Source: a virus (Duplodnaviria; Caudoviricetes). Taken from it: a stretch of DNA of 64,000 bases. The notes under the pieces were generated by a model, which saw only the letters and a list, made by a program, of their open reading frames with translations, made no database searches and had not been told where the DNA came from. Positions 11,994 through 24,707 of this stretch are shown in pieces. The number at the start of each line of letters is the position of its first letter. Positions within the stretch are counted from its first letter, which is position 1. The position numbers and the translations under genes were made by a program. The stretch is from IMG/VR virus record IMGVR_UViG_3300028797_000007, positions 47,500-111,499 of that record; one strand, written 5' to 3'.

Positions 11994-12011
11994 ATAAATG
12001 TACCTCCTTAA

Positions 12012-13319
12012 TTATTTATTTGCCTTGTGGCGTTTTACTAAATCCCAAGCACCATTTCCTAAACTATTGTCTGCAATATTAATATTTAGACTAAAGTTAG
12101 CATCAGTATCTGTAGATTCAGTTTCTTCAGCAGATAATTGTTCAACTAAAGCTTGACCTAGTTCATTCTTAATTTCGTCAAGTGAACGTTCATCTACTTC
12201 GTTTGTTAATTTTTCAATTAACTCATCGTTCTCTAACTTAGTAGAGAATTTGTTTATAATTTCTAATTTTTCTTTTTTTGTGTATTTATTTAATGAACTT
12301 AAAGCGTCATTAAGCTTGTTTTCTAATGATTCGTATTTTGCTTTATAATCAGCTAATTCTGCTTCTAAAGCTGAATAATCTTTTTCCTTATTGCAAGCAT
12401 TTTCGCATACACAAGGATTTTTACCGCATTCTGGACATTCTTCTTCGTCTTCTTCTTCATCTTCGTCTTCCTTAGATGCAAATTCAGATTCTTCAGTAAC
12501 GTCCTCTACAGTCTCTACAACTTCAGTTTCTTCAGCAGATTCTTCTTCAGCTTCAACCTCAACTTCTTCAGTTGATTCAGTTTCAGTTTCAACTTCAGTT
12601 TCTACTGTTTCAGTAGCTTCTACTTCTGTTTCAACAACTTCAGTAGCTTCTTCTTCAACTGGATTAGTAGTAACTTCTGGTTCTACAATTTCAGTAATAT
12701 CTTCCATAATATTTTTACCTCCTTCATTATTTTTCTGTGTGTTCTCAACAAACATGGCGTAAGCACTTACCATGTTACTAAATGCTGTAATGAATTGAGC
12801 ATCTTCAAAGCAAGGTTCTACATCATCACCTAAAACTGTAATACCTGCAAATTCTGCATAAGTTACCCTGTAATAAGTAATAGAGCCTCTTCTTTCAAAT
12901 GTTCCTTTCATTGTATTAGGATTTAATTCCATAGATAAATGTTTTTCATTCTTAAGAATGTCTTGAGCTTCTTCAAAACGTCCATCCCAAATAACAACAT
13001 CTACTTCTAGATATTCTTTATCAGAACCGTCTTGTTTAACTCAAACCGCATGTGGTTCTAGTGGAATAAAACCAAAAGCACTTGGATTACTCTCATGCCC
13101 TTCGAAATCGTTAGTCTCATAATTGAATGTTCCAATTACTGGAGTACCAGGAATTGTAGATGCTAATTGCTCAGCAACTTCACCTTCAATGATAGAACGG
13201 TTTCTATTTATTCCTTTGTAAAAAATACGAGCTCTTCCCATTGAGAATACACTATTGATTTTGTTAGGAGTACCTAATAAATCAACTGAAAAGGTTGCAT
13301 ACTTATGTAATTCATTCAT
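12012..13319 (-). CDS. Prohead protease/scaffold (435 aa with TGA=Trp)
   Basis: TGA at 13041 joins the two ORFs (HAV-W-VKQDG...VVIWDGRF...HLSMEL). Acidic coiled-coil C-terminus. Confidence 0.8.
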
Positions 13320-13331
13320 TGTAGCTCCCTC

Positions 13332-14921
13332 CTATAAACTCGCTTCCTTCGTTATAGTTGAATCTTTCTTCTCATTATCGTCCAATTCTGGGCGTCCATT
13401 CTTCTTGTCACTGGCTTCTTGTGCTTCAATGTTACCAGTTTTAGTTTGACCATTTGCTTTAATGTCGGATTTATTGCTCATGGTATGTGAACTTTGTAGG
13501 GGAACAAGTTTACTATCCAAGTCAAGAATGTCGTTCTCAAAAGCAGTAAGTGATTCTATATAACGTTGTTTAACTCCCAAAGCTACTTGAGGTACAATTT
13601 TGGAGAATCCATATTGAGCTCCTTCAAGATAACTTTTCATCATTTCCTCTCTATCCTTATAGGAAGTATCTAAAAATGAAAATACAAATTTGCTATTTTT
13701 TATGATTTTCTTTTGGCAAACTGCGCCTAAATAGAAATTAAACCAAATAGCAATTTGTTCACGAAGTTTCCACATGAATATAGCATCTCTACGTTGAGAC
13801 TCTTTCAATGTACCTGCTGATGTAGAATTAAATAATTCAGCAGATACCCCAGCATCATCGTAAAATTGGTCGTAATAAGTTTCCAAGAATTCATAATTTT
13901 TTGTAGCATCTCCTGTTTCACCTAACGATAAAACATCAATTTCTTTAGCCAATGTAGTAATAGCGTCAACATTATTCTTTTTAGCAGCAACGGCTTTTAA
14001 ATTCTTATGGAATTCAGCAGCTAACTCTAAATCTATTTCTGGGTTTCCTTCTTTGTCTATATCAATTAATTGAACTAATAATTTAGTTAAATTGGTAGAA
14101 ATATAATCATCTTTTAATGGTTCTAACATTTGTATACGAGCTATTTCTTTAATTAGAAAAGCAAAAGGTGGACGTCCATCTGATGTCGTAAATGCTATAC
14201 CATTTTCTACCGGTACAATAAACCATTGATTTATTGATTTACCATTTTTATATTCTTTATAAGCTGAACGAATTGCTTTAGGATATTGCTTTAATACTTC
14301 GTCCATTGTTAATAAATTATCTTTAGTCATTTCAGCCATAGCTACATCAATGAAAGTTAGGTCTACTGCAAATATATTAATTGATGGAGTTCCTGCAGTA
14401 CCAATTATTTTACAATAATCTGTAGGTAATTTTATCGTTTTAAAATACGAATTGGCCCCTTTTTTATATTCTTCATTATAATAATAAGTCTCACCTTCAA
14501 TTAACATATCTAATAAAGCATGACTAGTAAAGTTTTCTACTTCAATATCCTCATCTAATGTTCTTAAGGCTGCATTATAATCTTTCATTAACTTTTTCTT
14601 GTTTACTTTTTTATCGTCTAATATCGGAGATATAATATATGAATTATAATATATATAAGCAAAATATTCTAATAGTCTACGATATAATGGATGAGCAAAG
14701 TAAACTCTAGAAAATTTTCTTCAAGCTTTTACATCACTATAAGGTGTTTTTAAAACATCTTCTGGTTTAATAGGAATTTCCACTCTACGACCTTTAGTTA
14801 AAGCAGAGCCTTGAGGAATTTCTATAGTACCATTTTTAACAGCTGTACCCATTGCTTGAATAGATTTTCTAAATTCGGTTAAATATTCTTTTGTATAACT
14901 AGTAAATTTTTCTTTATCCAT
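13332..14921 (-). CDS. Portal protein (529 aa with TGA=Trp)
   Basis: TGA at 14721 is in frame with 13332-14588. Lies between terminase and protease. Confidence 0.8.
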
Positions 14922-14938
14922 TTGCTACTTTTCACCTC

Positions 14939-16696
14939 CTAATTTAAAAAACTATATTGACCTTTACTCCAATCTCGATTTTTCTTTTCTCTTTCTGTTT
15001 CTTCTACTTGATTTATATAATATAAACCATATACAAAAGCAGAAACCAAGTCTTTTCGAGTATGGCTATTGATACGAGTTAGCACTATAGTACTATTTGT
15101 ATCTAAATTGGCTTTTAAATTAGATAACTGGTCTTGTAACTTAGTCGTTTGAGCATATGGAATAAGTTTATTTGCTTGTTGAACTGGGTTCATCTTATTC
15201 CAAGTTTTATATTGACTGAAATATCTACGTGCTTGTCGTTCATTTAATAGTAGAGAAACACGTTTTAGACTCAAAATAATGTGAGCATTTGTATAAATTT
15301 CACTATTTAAGCCTCGATTTGCTTCAATTCCGAACAATTTTCGCACATTTTCACGTTTTTCTGTACTAGAATACTTAGTTTTATTTAAAAAACCATAAGG
15401 ACTATAATAAATACCGTTTAATTCTTGTTCATCAATCATATAATCGGCAAGTCCAGCACCATTACCATTAATATCCATTACGATTGCTTTAAAGTCAAAC
15501 TCTAAATCTAATTGTTTAAGCATTGCAGCCTGGTCTCTGAAGTGAGTCCCATTTAAAATCTTGATATTTACTAGGTGAATCTTATAACGTTCACCATCAG
15601 TATAAACCTTAAATACCATCGCAACAGTTTGGTCGCCTTCAAATCTTGCAACGTCGACAGCACATACATAAAAACCTTTAAAGTCTTTTTCTCTTTTAAA
15701 CTCAGGTCTTACAAGATTACGACATTTACTAATTTGAGTATAGGAATAATAACTATCTTCGCTACCGCCAGTCCATACAGACATATATTCACGTAAAAAT
15801 GATTCAAGCTTATATGAAGATGCCTGTAATTTATCTTTTACTTTATCTACAGATAATAATCCGTGCATTACAGGTATTCTATAATCTCCACCAAAACAAA
15901 ATGCTTTGTCTGGTTCTAATGCCATATCAACTAATGTCTCTAATGTTCTATCATGAGCATAGGTTCCTTTATACCCCGCTGTAGTAATCATAGTTTGTGC
16001 AGCATGTGGTTCTGTCGGATTTAATAATCCAGCAACAGTTCTACGGTCAACATTCATCAATGGAATGATTACTTCGTTAACTGCATCACCATCCATCATG
16101 GCAAACTCTTCAAGTGTACCCCAATGTCTACGACCACCACGTCCAGCGTTACCAGTATTAACGATATCTATTTGACTATCATTACGGAATTTAAGTTCAG
16201 CATAATCTGAACCCATATTACCATATTTCTTTTTCATCTTATCAATATCACTTATATTAAGTTCATTAACTAAAAAAGGAAATAAACGATAAATTTCATT
16301 AGTCTTTTCTTCTACGATTTGTGCCGCTTGCTTTTTTGTATCAGCACAAGTGAATCCTTTACTTCGCGGTTGCATAATTCCACGAATATTCATATCCAAG
16401 AAATCTAGAAATGACTTTGAATACGCACGAGGAAATGTTCCAGAAACCTCTCTAAAACGCATACATACTCTTAAAAATATTCTTTGATAAAAATATAATT
16501 TAAAGAATGAGTCAGCTGGAGTAATAACATCAATTAAATAATCAGGATATAAAGTAAATAATGTTACCATATCCTCGAATCATTCTCTATTATCTTCAAC
16601 ATACTGAGGTGTTATAACTATTTGCGCCATATCATTTCTTTCTTGGAAAGTATTATAATACTTGTCTAATATTTCGTCAATACTATTTGAATTCAT
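14939..16696 (-). CDS. terL: Terminase large subunit (585 aa with TGA=Trp)
   Basis: FPRAYSKS Walker A, TLEEFA Walker B, VDVAR nuclease motif. N-terminal extension through TGA at ~16580 to ATG 16696. Confidence 0.9.
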
Positions 16697-17678
16697 TTTC
16701 TACTTGTTGGAACATATTTTCTAATTCTAATTCATTCATAGGGTCTTCTAATTCCATACCTTCTTCTTCGGATTCTGAGTATAATTGTTCTATATCTTCA
16801 TCAGTTATATCTGTACCCGCCTCTGAATTTAGTGCTTTAGCATTATACATCTCATTAACAGTCTCGCTAGAGTCCGTAAATAATCTACGAACATATTGTT
16901 GCATATTTTCTATTGTTTTATCAACTATATCTCTATTTTCAGATATTTTGTAATTTAATAAAAAGCCTGTTTTTTCTAAATATGCGACTAATTCACTTAA
17001 ACTTTCTATTGTATTTTCATTAGAAGATGTTTGAGTACTTATACCCAACTCTTTCATAAGTGCATTATAACTTTGAAGAACTGTAGTAGCTTCTTTGTTA
17101 TCTCCATTTGCAATACAATGGTCTGATATAGCAGAGAGCTTAGCTAGTTTTCTTACCATATCTCTTCTAGCTTCATCTTTAAATGGATAATGACTTAATG
17201 TATGTCTTTCATATTCTTCCATTCTCATGTATTCTTCAAGAGTAAAACCATCTATGTGTCCTCATTTTTTTCTTAAGTACATAAGTAAATCTGAATGAAT
17301 AGCAGTTAATTCATCTAATACACTATTGTACTCTCTACATTTTTCCCACATCTTATTGTATTGAAACCAATTATTATCAGCATATTTACCATTAGTCATT
17401 TCCTGACAATAATCTATAAGTAATGGGCCTAACTTCTCATACTTCTTTTCCATTTCTATTCATTTATTAGCATCATATGGTAAATCTAGGAATTGACATA
17501 ACTTATCAATTGAAGCTAAATCTTTTCTATCTATTTTTTGAGCTATGCATTCAATACAAGTATAACTTATTCCTTTTATTCCATAAAGAGATGAATTAGA
17601 AGTTGGAAGATACATGTCCAGTTTCTGTTTTTTACCACATTCTGGACAAATTCTATATTGTTCATTCATAAAATCCAT
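16683..17678 (-). CDS. Zn-finger protein, terminase small subunit candidate (331 aa with TGA=Trp)
   Basis: Three listed ORFs joined by TGAs at 17460 and 17262. Two CxxC pairs. Directly upstream of terL. Confidence 0.65.
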
Positions 17679-17683
17679 TCCTC

Positions 17684-18847
17684 CTATAGTTTAGTTGCTT
17701 TCTTAGATGCTTTTCTCAATTCTCTCTCTTTTCTTCTCTCCTCTTTAGCCATTTTATTTTCATAAACGCAATCTTTACAAATTTCCTTAAATGTCCCATC
17801 TTGATATTTGCCAAAATTTAATTCATGTGCGTATAGTTGTCTTCCACATTGTGGACATATTTTCCATTTAGTCATGTTTTCTAATGTACCATTAGGTCTA
17901 TGTGTTCTTTCTTCCCATCATAAATATGCTTGCTTAGCAATTTGTTTTGTAATATGTTGTTTCCATATTGTGCTGATATAATTAACACTATATGTTTTAC
18001 CACCCATTTTTTCTAAATCACTAACAATTTGTTCATTTGGTACATGATTAATTTTTTCTTCTAAAATTAATTTATGTTCAGGTGAAAATCTAGTTCTTTC
18101 AATTAATTCATCTAAGAAATTATACATTTCTCACCATGGATGGAATGGATTATCTGTAGTCTTAGCTTTCATTCCTGAATAATATTTCAACATGGCATGT
18201 ATATGTTTCCAATTACCATAATCTACTTGCATCTCATAATCACATAAAACATGTGGTCCTATACACATTCCTATATAGTCTGGTTTTTCTGTATGAGAAG
18301 GAAGAACTCCAGTATTTCCTACTGGTGGTCTATAACTATCTTTAAGTAAGAATTGTTCTCTTCTTAAATCTATCATTCATTCTCTTAAAAAATATTTAGT
18401 TTGATATGTTGGAACTAATTTTCTATTAGGGTCCATATCTCTTTTACCTTCTAATACTTCACGACAATATTGATATTGCTCAGATATTAAATCTATAGCT
18501 TCCCATAAATCTTTCATAAAAGGTATATCTGCATCTTTTTCTCTATCTATTGTTGGTCTAGGAACTCTATATATTGATACTTCTTGACTTTTTTGTACAG
18601 TAGCTTCTCCTAATGCAGTTTCTATTAATGTCTCATAACTTACTTTCTTTTTACTCCCTTCTTTCAATTCTACTTCTGCATCTACATCTTCTGCATATAA
18701 AAGATAATTTGCTACTTTGTCTAATTCAGAAGGAGGACATAAAGATAATAATCCTTGCTCATCTAAAAAATTAACTAATCCTAATCTTTCTTGATAAGCT
18801 TGTAAGTTAAAGTCTAAATAACTTGCAATCTTCATTTTTACCTCCAT
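17684..18847 (-). CDS. Hypothetical protein with C-terminal Zn finger (387 aa with TGA=Trp)
   Basis: Four listed ORFs are in one frame, joined by TGAs at 18377, 18131 and 17918. Confidence 0.8.
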
Positions 18848-19084
18848 ATTTCATTTATCTATATGTATTATATCATGAATTTACTAGTTTGTCAATAGGA
18901 AAGTTAAATTTTTTTAATTTTTTTATCTTTACAAAAAATAATATAATATATATAATATAATTAATATAATTTATAAATATATTAGATAGTCGTCGACGGA
19001 GCCAAAAAATAAAAAAGTTTTAGTTTTAAGTTGACAAACGCTTTCATTGAATGATAAACTGTATTCAGAAAAGGAGAGAGACCC

Positions 19085-19543
19085 ATGAAAATAATGATTT
19101 CCACATTCCACAATATTAGAAACTTTACACCAAACATGATTCCGGTTAGTACGGCAATATGGGACCCTAAATGGTTTCATGACTTTAGTCACCCCACCCA
19201 TGTGTTCAAAGATAAAAAGGGTGTATACAATGGGTTAAGGTATTTAAGTCTTGCGCCAGGTCTTACTTGTGAAGGATTGTGTAGAGGTCCGGAAGATTGT
19301 GGCAATAAACCACCACATTGTCCTTTCCTTACAGCATATAGAAAACAATTGGATAATATAAACTTTACTACCATGGTTAATGAGTTAGAGGCCATGGGAA
19401 CTGCAATTAAAAAACATGAGGGGTTCAAGGAAGACCCAATAATAGTTTTACTAGTTTATGAGAAACCAGATAATCCATGTAGTGAACGCTGGCCATTAAA
19501 AGATTGGTTCACAGAGCATGGTTTAGAATTAGAGGAGGTATAA
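19085..19543 (+). CDS. DUF488-like protein
   Basis: IVLLVYEKPDNPCSER motif, with promoter and RBS upstream. Confidence 0.55.
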   Translation: MKIMISTFHNIRNFTPNMIPVSTAIWDPKWFHDFSHPTHVFKDKKGVYNGLRYLSLAPGLTCEGLCRGPEDCGNKPPHCPFLTAYRKQLDNINFTTMVNELEAMGTAIKKHEGFKEDPIIVLLVYEKPDNPCSERWPLKDWFTEHGLELEEV

Positions 19544-19544
19544 A

Positions 19545-19898
19545 ATGATTTGAGTAATAGGTATAGTTTGTTTCTTTTTCGGTTTTGTGTTTGGAATACT
19601 AATGACTTTTAATAGTTTTAAGGAAAGATATAGTAATTGGAAGCCAATTTCAATGAGAGTAATATCAAAATCTACTGAATTAGAATATCATGCAGATAGA
19701 TATAAATTTTCTATGGAAGATAATACTCCATATTTAAGAATATATAACATTGATAGATTTGAATGGTTCCCAATATGGCATTTTAAGAACCCATATTTAA
19801 TAATGATGGCAGTAGACCCAGATTATGCTAAAAATAATATGATGAGTTTATTTAGCATGGGAACTATTGAAAAGTTGACAGACTCTAATAAAAAATAA
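19545..19898 (+). CDS. Membrane-anchored hypothetical protein (TGA at codon 3)
   Basis: GAGGAGGT RBS then ATG ATT TGA GTA ATA..., in frame with 19587-19898. Confidence 0.65.
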
Positions 19899-19934
19899 TA
19901 TAATATAATTGTAAATAAAGAAAGAAGGTATAAT

Positions 19935-20264
19935 ATGATAGAGATATTGGCTTTTTTAGAGAATAATCCACAATACACAAACATTGATATATTATATTCA
20001 TATAAATTACCTGAAAATACAAAAGAAATTTCGCACATCTATTTTAATCGCGGTAACTGGTCATTATGTGTCACTGCACCACATAGCGGCAACGGCGGAA
20101 GGTTTCTCCTTCGCGCCAATCCCACTGCTACGCTAGATAGATGGTCCACTGCTGTCTATGAGATACTGCTAGATAGCTGGGAAGATGTGTGCAGGGACTT
20201 AGATTATGAAAATTATCAATATGATGTGGCCGGAATGGAAGTAGAAGAAGATTTTTGAAATTAA
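19935..20264 (+). CDS. Hypothetical protein
   Basis: 107-aa ORF. The TGA at 20256 is followed by AAT TAA. Confidence 0.65.
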
Positions 20265-20360
20265 AATGTGTTTTAAAAGTTTACAAACGCTTAAAATTTT
20301 GATATAATTAAATTGTAAAAAATAAAAAAGAAAAATTATTTTTTACGGGAGGGACAGTCT

Positions 20361-20555
20361 ATGATAACAAAATCTATCGTAACTAAAACAATAGAAATGT
20401 TGGAAGATTATATGGACGCTATGACGGCTAAGGTTAAATTCTTAGCAAATGCCGACCGCCCAGAGATGGATAAACAAATCGCTGAGGCGCAAAGTCTATT
20501 AAACTTCTGGAGATTGTACTCAAACTTTTTACCAGAGGAGGACGATGTATGTTAG
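20361..20555 (+). CDS. Hypothetical protein
   Basis: GGGAGG RBS and its own promoter. Confidence 0.6.
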   Translation: MITKSIVTKTIEMLEDYMDAMTAKVKFLANADRPEMDKQIAEAQSLLNFWRLYSNFLPEEDDVC

Positions 20556-20875
20556 CAGGTCTAGCGCATGGATTTGGTTTTATGTTCGGCGCGTTAATTT
20601 GTTACACAATTTACGATATTATATTCACCCTTATCGCCAGACACGCCGAAAAGACTGCAGCCGCTAAACGCAAAAAGCGTCGTAGAAATTAATTTTTCGC
20701 GTACGCTCTTTCGCGTAAATTGTTTACAGAAGGTCCAAAAATATTTTATAATTAATTTGTAAAAATAAAAAAAAGAAAAAAAATATTTTTACGAATGGCG
20801 CGCAATGTATACTGCATTCGCCTTTCACCCTTTGAGTGCAGTATATGCGACGCAGCAATAGGAGGAACAAAAATT

Positions 20876-21094
20876 ATGACACCAAAATATGTAGTTTATG
20901 AATGCGAAGAATGTGGAAAATTATTCTACAGAGAAGTAGCAGAAGTTTTAGTTGACGACGCAGAACATTGTGAAGTTAATGTTCGTTTAATCAACGACGC
21001 AAATGGCGAATTAGAAGAATTCCCAATGTGCGATTGCTTAGGGGGAGCAGAAGTTCATATGACAGATTTAATTCCCTCAAACTACGAAAAATAA
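20876..21094 (+). CDS. Small Cys-containing acidic protein
   Basis: AGGAGG RBS favours the ATG at 20876 over 20795. Confidence 0.6.
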   Translation: MTPKYVVYECEECGKLFYREVAEVLVDDAEHCEVNVRLINDANGELEEFPMCDCLGGAEVHMTDLIPSNYEK

Positions 21095-21402
21095 TACTGA
21101 CAGAGATGTCATATACATAGATGCGACGCAATATGTGGGCATAGTAGCTAATTCCCCCCTTCACCCTGGGGAGTTGGCGAACATGCTCATAGACCCCGCA
21201 TCTGTAACATCCGCACAGCTTTTGGGATACGGAGACTTGGACGGAACCAAGTGCCCAGTTGTGCGTCTATTTTATAATAACGGTTTAGCCGAAGATGTTT
21301 ATGATGTTAGACATACTTGGGCGAAGTAAGCACTCAACACCGCGCACCTTTCACCCTTTGTGCGGCGCAGTGCTTATTTTTTTGAAAAAAGCGAGGTGCA
21401 AA

Positions 21403-21663
21403 ATGAACACAGAAAAATTAGATAAATGAATAAAAATATTGCTAGCTATCCTTGGCGGCCAAATCGTTTTAATATTATGGGTATTTGCAATATTACTAGC
21501 TGGCCATGATTGCGCACTAATGTATGAATATGTGAAGCAAGACGGCACAACAGGTATGGCAAATATGTGCTATAATACAGAACGTGGTAAAGTATGCCGT
21601 GAAGATAATCGTAGTTTTATAGTTGTAGAGTATAAACAAGGAGACGTATGCAAAAATGACTGA
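21403..21663 (+). CDS. Small membrane protein (in-frame TGA at codon 9, stop may lie further 3')
   Basis: GAGGTG RBS, ATG AAC ACA GAA AAA TTA GAT AAA TGA ATA... Confidence 0.55.
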
Positions 21664-22112
21664 AGAAGAGAAACGCTTAAAAGAGATTAAACATCTCTTA
21701 TGGCTTAAAAGTGAATTGATAAAACAAACTAAAAAAGAGATGGTGGCATTGCGCGAAGAGCGTGATTCCATTGAGGGGCAAAAGAGGCTAGTGCGCAAGG
21801 CACAGAAAAACAAAAAATAATTTTGTAAATTCGGATTTTAGCTTTGTAAATTCGGGTAGGTGCTCTATGTTATATACGAAAATTTGTTCGGTATTTTACT
21901 AAACCCACCCCCCACCTTTGCGAACATTTGTTCGTGGGTATGGGTAGGGTGTCCCTAGTCCACTTGTCAAGTTAAAATGTAAAGTGTAAAAAAGTTATTA
22001 AAAAGTATTTACAATAAAAAAATTGTATGTTATAATTAGTATGTAAGATAAAGGAAGGGTATAACCTTTTATAAGTCTTATATAGTGTTATTAAAAGAAA
22101 GGTTGTGATATT

Positions 22113-22367
22113 ATGAATAACACAAAACAAAAAAAGAATATAGGAAAGGTTTTAAAGTCAATTAAGTGGGAAAACATTTATTGCCTTATTAGTTTAATAC
22201 TTGACTTTGTAGGTATTATAAAACACATTCAATTAAATGGTTTCTATGCTATGTTAGGTTTTGAATTGATATTCTACTTTGGTTCTACTTTTATGGTAAG
22301 ATACTTAATAAAAGATATTAGAACTAACCCAAAAAATTGGTCAATGCTATTCTATGACTATGAATAA
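22113..22367 (+). CDS. Small two-TM membrane protein
   Basis: AGAAAGGTTGTGA RBS and two hydrophobic segments. Confidence 0.65.
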   Translation: MNNTKQKKNIGKVLKSIKWENIYCLISLILDFVGIIKHIQLNGFYAMLGFELIFYFGSTFMVRYLIKDIRTNPKNWSMLFYDYE

Positions 22368-22757
22368 AAGACTTAAAAAAAGTCTTTTTTCTTTTAGTAT
22401 TAAATACGAACATATGTTTGTATAAAAAAATGTATTTTTTGTTAAAAAGTTATTGACTTGTTAGGTCATATATGATACAATTATAATGTAATAAGTTAAG
22501 AGTAGGCACTTAATAAAAATATCAAAAAAACTTTAAAAAAAGTATTGACTTTATAAAGGTTATATGATACAATATAAGTGTAATAAGAAAAAGAGTAAAA
22601 GACTTATTACAAAACAATGTTCTTTGAAAAAGTAGTTATAATATCATTACTTACTTAAAGTTATTTAGTCAAGTAATTAAATGATTTTAAGTAGGTAATA
22701 AAACCTACATAGTAGTAGTTTACTTATAAGAGTAAATAAAAGAAAGGTTGTGATATT

Positions 22758-23042
22758 ATGGTAAAACTATCTACTGATAAAGCAAAGGTTGTCGTTAAAT
22801 GCCTTGCTAATGAAACTGACTACATTTGTAGTGATAAGTTCTTTGATAAGTACAAAGAAGAACTTGAAAAAGTTAGCATTAAGAAAGGAAATAGTTGTAG
22901 TTCTTGCTTATCAATGGCAACTCTAAAAGAGATTATTACAAAAACTCCAAAAAGTGTTGTAATTGATGGCAAAGAAAAACTTTTACAACATTACAAGTTA
23001 ATTGATAACTACAAAGACTTTATCGAAGAAGAAAGCAACTAG
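22758..23042 (+). CDS. Hypothetical protein
   Basis: Same RBS motif as the gene at 22113. Confidence 0.65.
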   Translation: MVKLSTDKAKVVVKCLANETDYICSDKFFDKYKEELEKVSIKKGNSCSSCLSMATLKEIITKTPKSVVIDGKEKLLQHYKLIDNYKDFIEEESN

Positions 23043-23205
23043 TTTTCTTCTTGTATAAGGTATTGACTTAATAGGTCAATGCTTTATACAAGTAGAAAAT
23101 TGAAAAAATGGACTACTTGAAAAAATGTTCTTTGAAAACTCGGTTATTGATTTTATACACTTTAAAAGCAAAATGATATATTAGAAAAGGTGTGTGTATA
23201 ATTAA

Positions 23206-24036
23206 ATGATAACTATAAATGAAAAAAATAATATTGTTTTAGGTGAACCTAAGATTTTAAATAGGTCTAGGTGTGGGTATGGTGTTTGGTTAGACACTGA
23301 AACTTGCAACAATGACAAAATGATTTTTGATTTTAGTATTAAGTTAGTAAACTTAAAAAATGGCAGTGTAAAAGAAGAACATTCGTTCGTTATTGAAGAC
23401 ACTTACAAAACTAAAAAAATAATCATGGGTCAATATAGCAAGTTAAAAAGAAAGCAATACAAAACACTTTTAAAAAGTGGGTATTATAAAATGATAACTA
23501 GAAAAGAGTTAATAAACTTTTTAAATGAGTTATTCGAAACTTATAATATTTCATGTGTTTGTGCTTTTAATATTGAGTTTGATATTCAAGCATTATATAA
23601 TACTTTGACTTATACGAATAGTCGTATGAAATACTTTAAAGAACCTTTAATCAATGACTTACACGAATTAAAGTTCTTTGAAACTGATATGCTTGATTTG
23701 TGGGCATATGCTAGTATAATATTTGCAAGTAATGACTATAAAAAATGGTATACAAGCAAAGGTTATAAAATGACTAAAAAAGGTTTTCTTAAAACTGGGG
23801 TTGAAATGCTAACTAGATACCTAAAAGAAAACGGAAAGTTCGTTGAGGCACATAGGGGACAAGAAGACTTGGATAACGAGTATAACATATTTGTTTCAAG
23901 TGCTTTATTAAGAAACGATAAAAAACTTTTAGTCAATGTTAGTGGTCTAAAAGCATTATCACTTGCAAAACCTAAAAAGACTGATAGAAAGTCAAAACAA
24001 TATTCTATGTTTATAAAACAAATATTAGAAAATTAA
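23206..24036 (+). CDS. DEDDh 3'-5' exonuclease family protein
   Basis: WLDTET, AFNIEFD, EAHRGQED motifs. Confidence 0.8.
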   Translation: MITINEKNNIVLGEPKILNRSRCGYGVWLDTETCNNDKMIFDFSIKLVNLKNGSVKEEHSFVIEDTYKTKKIIMGQYSKLKRKQYKTLLKSGYYKMITRKELINFLNELFETYNISCVCAFNIEFDIQALYNTLTYTNSRMKYFKEPLINDLHELKFFETDMLDLWAYASIIFASNDYKKWYTSKGYKMTKKGFLKTGVEMLTRYLKENGKFVEAHRGQEDLDNEYNIFVSSALLRNDKKLLVNVSGLKALSLAKPKKTDRKSKQYSMFIKQILEN

Positions 24037-24707
24037 TATAGGGGGTTTATAAATAGGGGGTTATCGATTAAAAAGAGTATAAGTCAATAACGAGTTAATA
24101 AGGACATAAAATCACAACCTTATTATATAAATAGGTTGCAACCATGGGGCATAAAATTGCCCCTTAATTTTTTTGTAAAAAAGTGAAAAAAAGTATTGAC
24201 AAATAAAAAAAATATGGTATAATATAGGTGCTTTTAAAGAAGAAAGACACACATAAAAGCAAATAATATATCATGAGTAATAACTTATTTTTACACAACC
24301 TTTAGAGTTATTACAAAATAAATAGGGGGTTGAGAACCCTATTTTTTTGTGCTATTTTTTATATAGAGATATTTTTCTTATAGAGAAAATATAGGAGCGA
24401 ACAAATGTTCGGTCTTTTTTTGTGCCTCGAAATAGGTAGTTCCCCAAAAGGTTAGGTTAGGTATTGGAACCAACCTATTAGGCCGCCACCAAAGGAGCTG
24501 GGAGCTGGAAAAAGGTAGCGCTGCGCGCTTGCTGCGCAACGCACCCGGGTGTATCGCATTAAGGAGCTGCGTCGGAGCTGGGCGAAGCCCTGCGACCAAG
24601 ATAAAAAAAAAAAAAAAAAAATATTTCCCCTTTTTTTATACCATATTTCCGTCCCCATTGTCAAGTTTTTTAACTAAATTTTTTTTAAAAAATTTTCAAA
24701 AAATTTC

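Noticed and set aside
12391-12762. Ser-rich + strand ORF and similar antisense ORFs (2649, 2875, 5955, 16687 etc.)
   Set aside because: Shadows of real minus-strand genes.
3425-18847. Pseudogenised (decayed prophage) structural genes
   Set aside because: Every break is an in-frame TGA with no frameshifts or TAA/TAG breaks, which indicates recoding.
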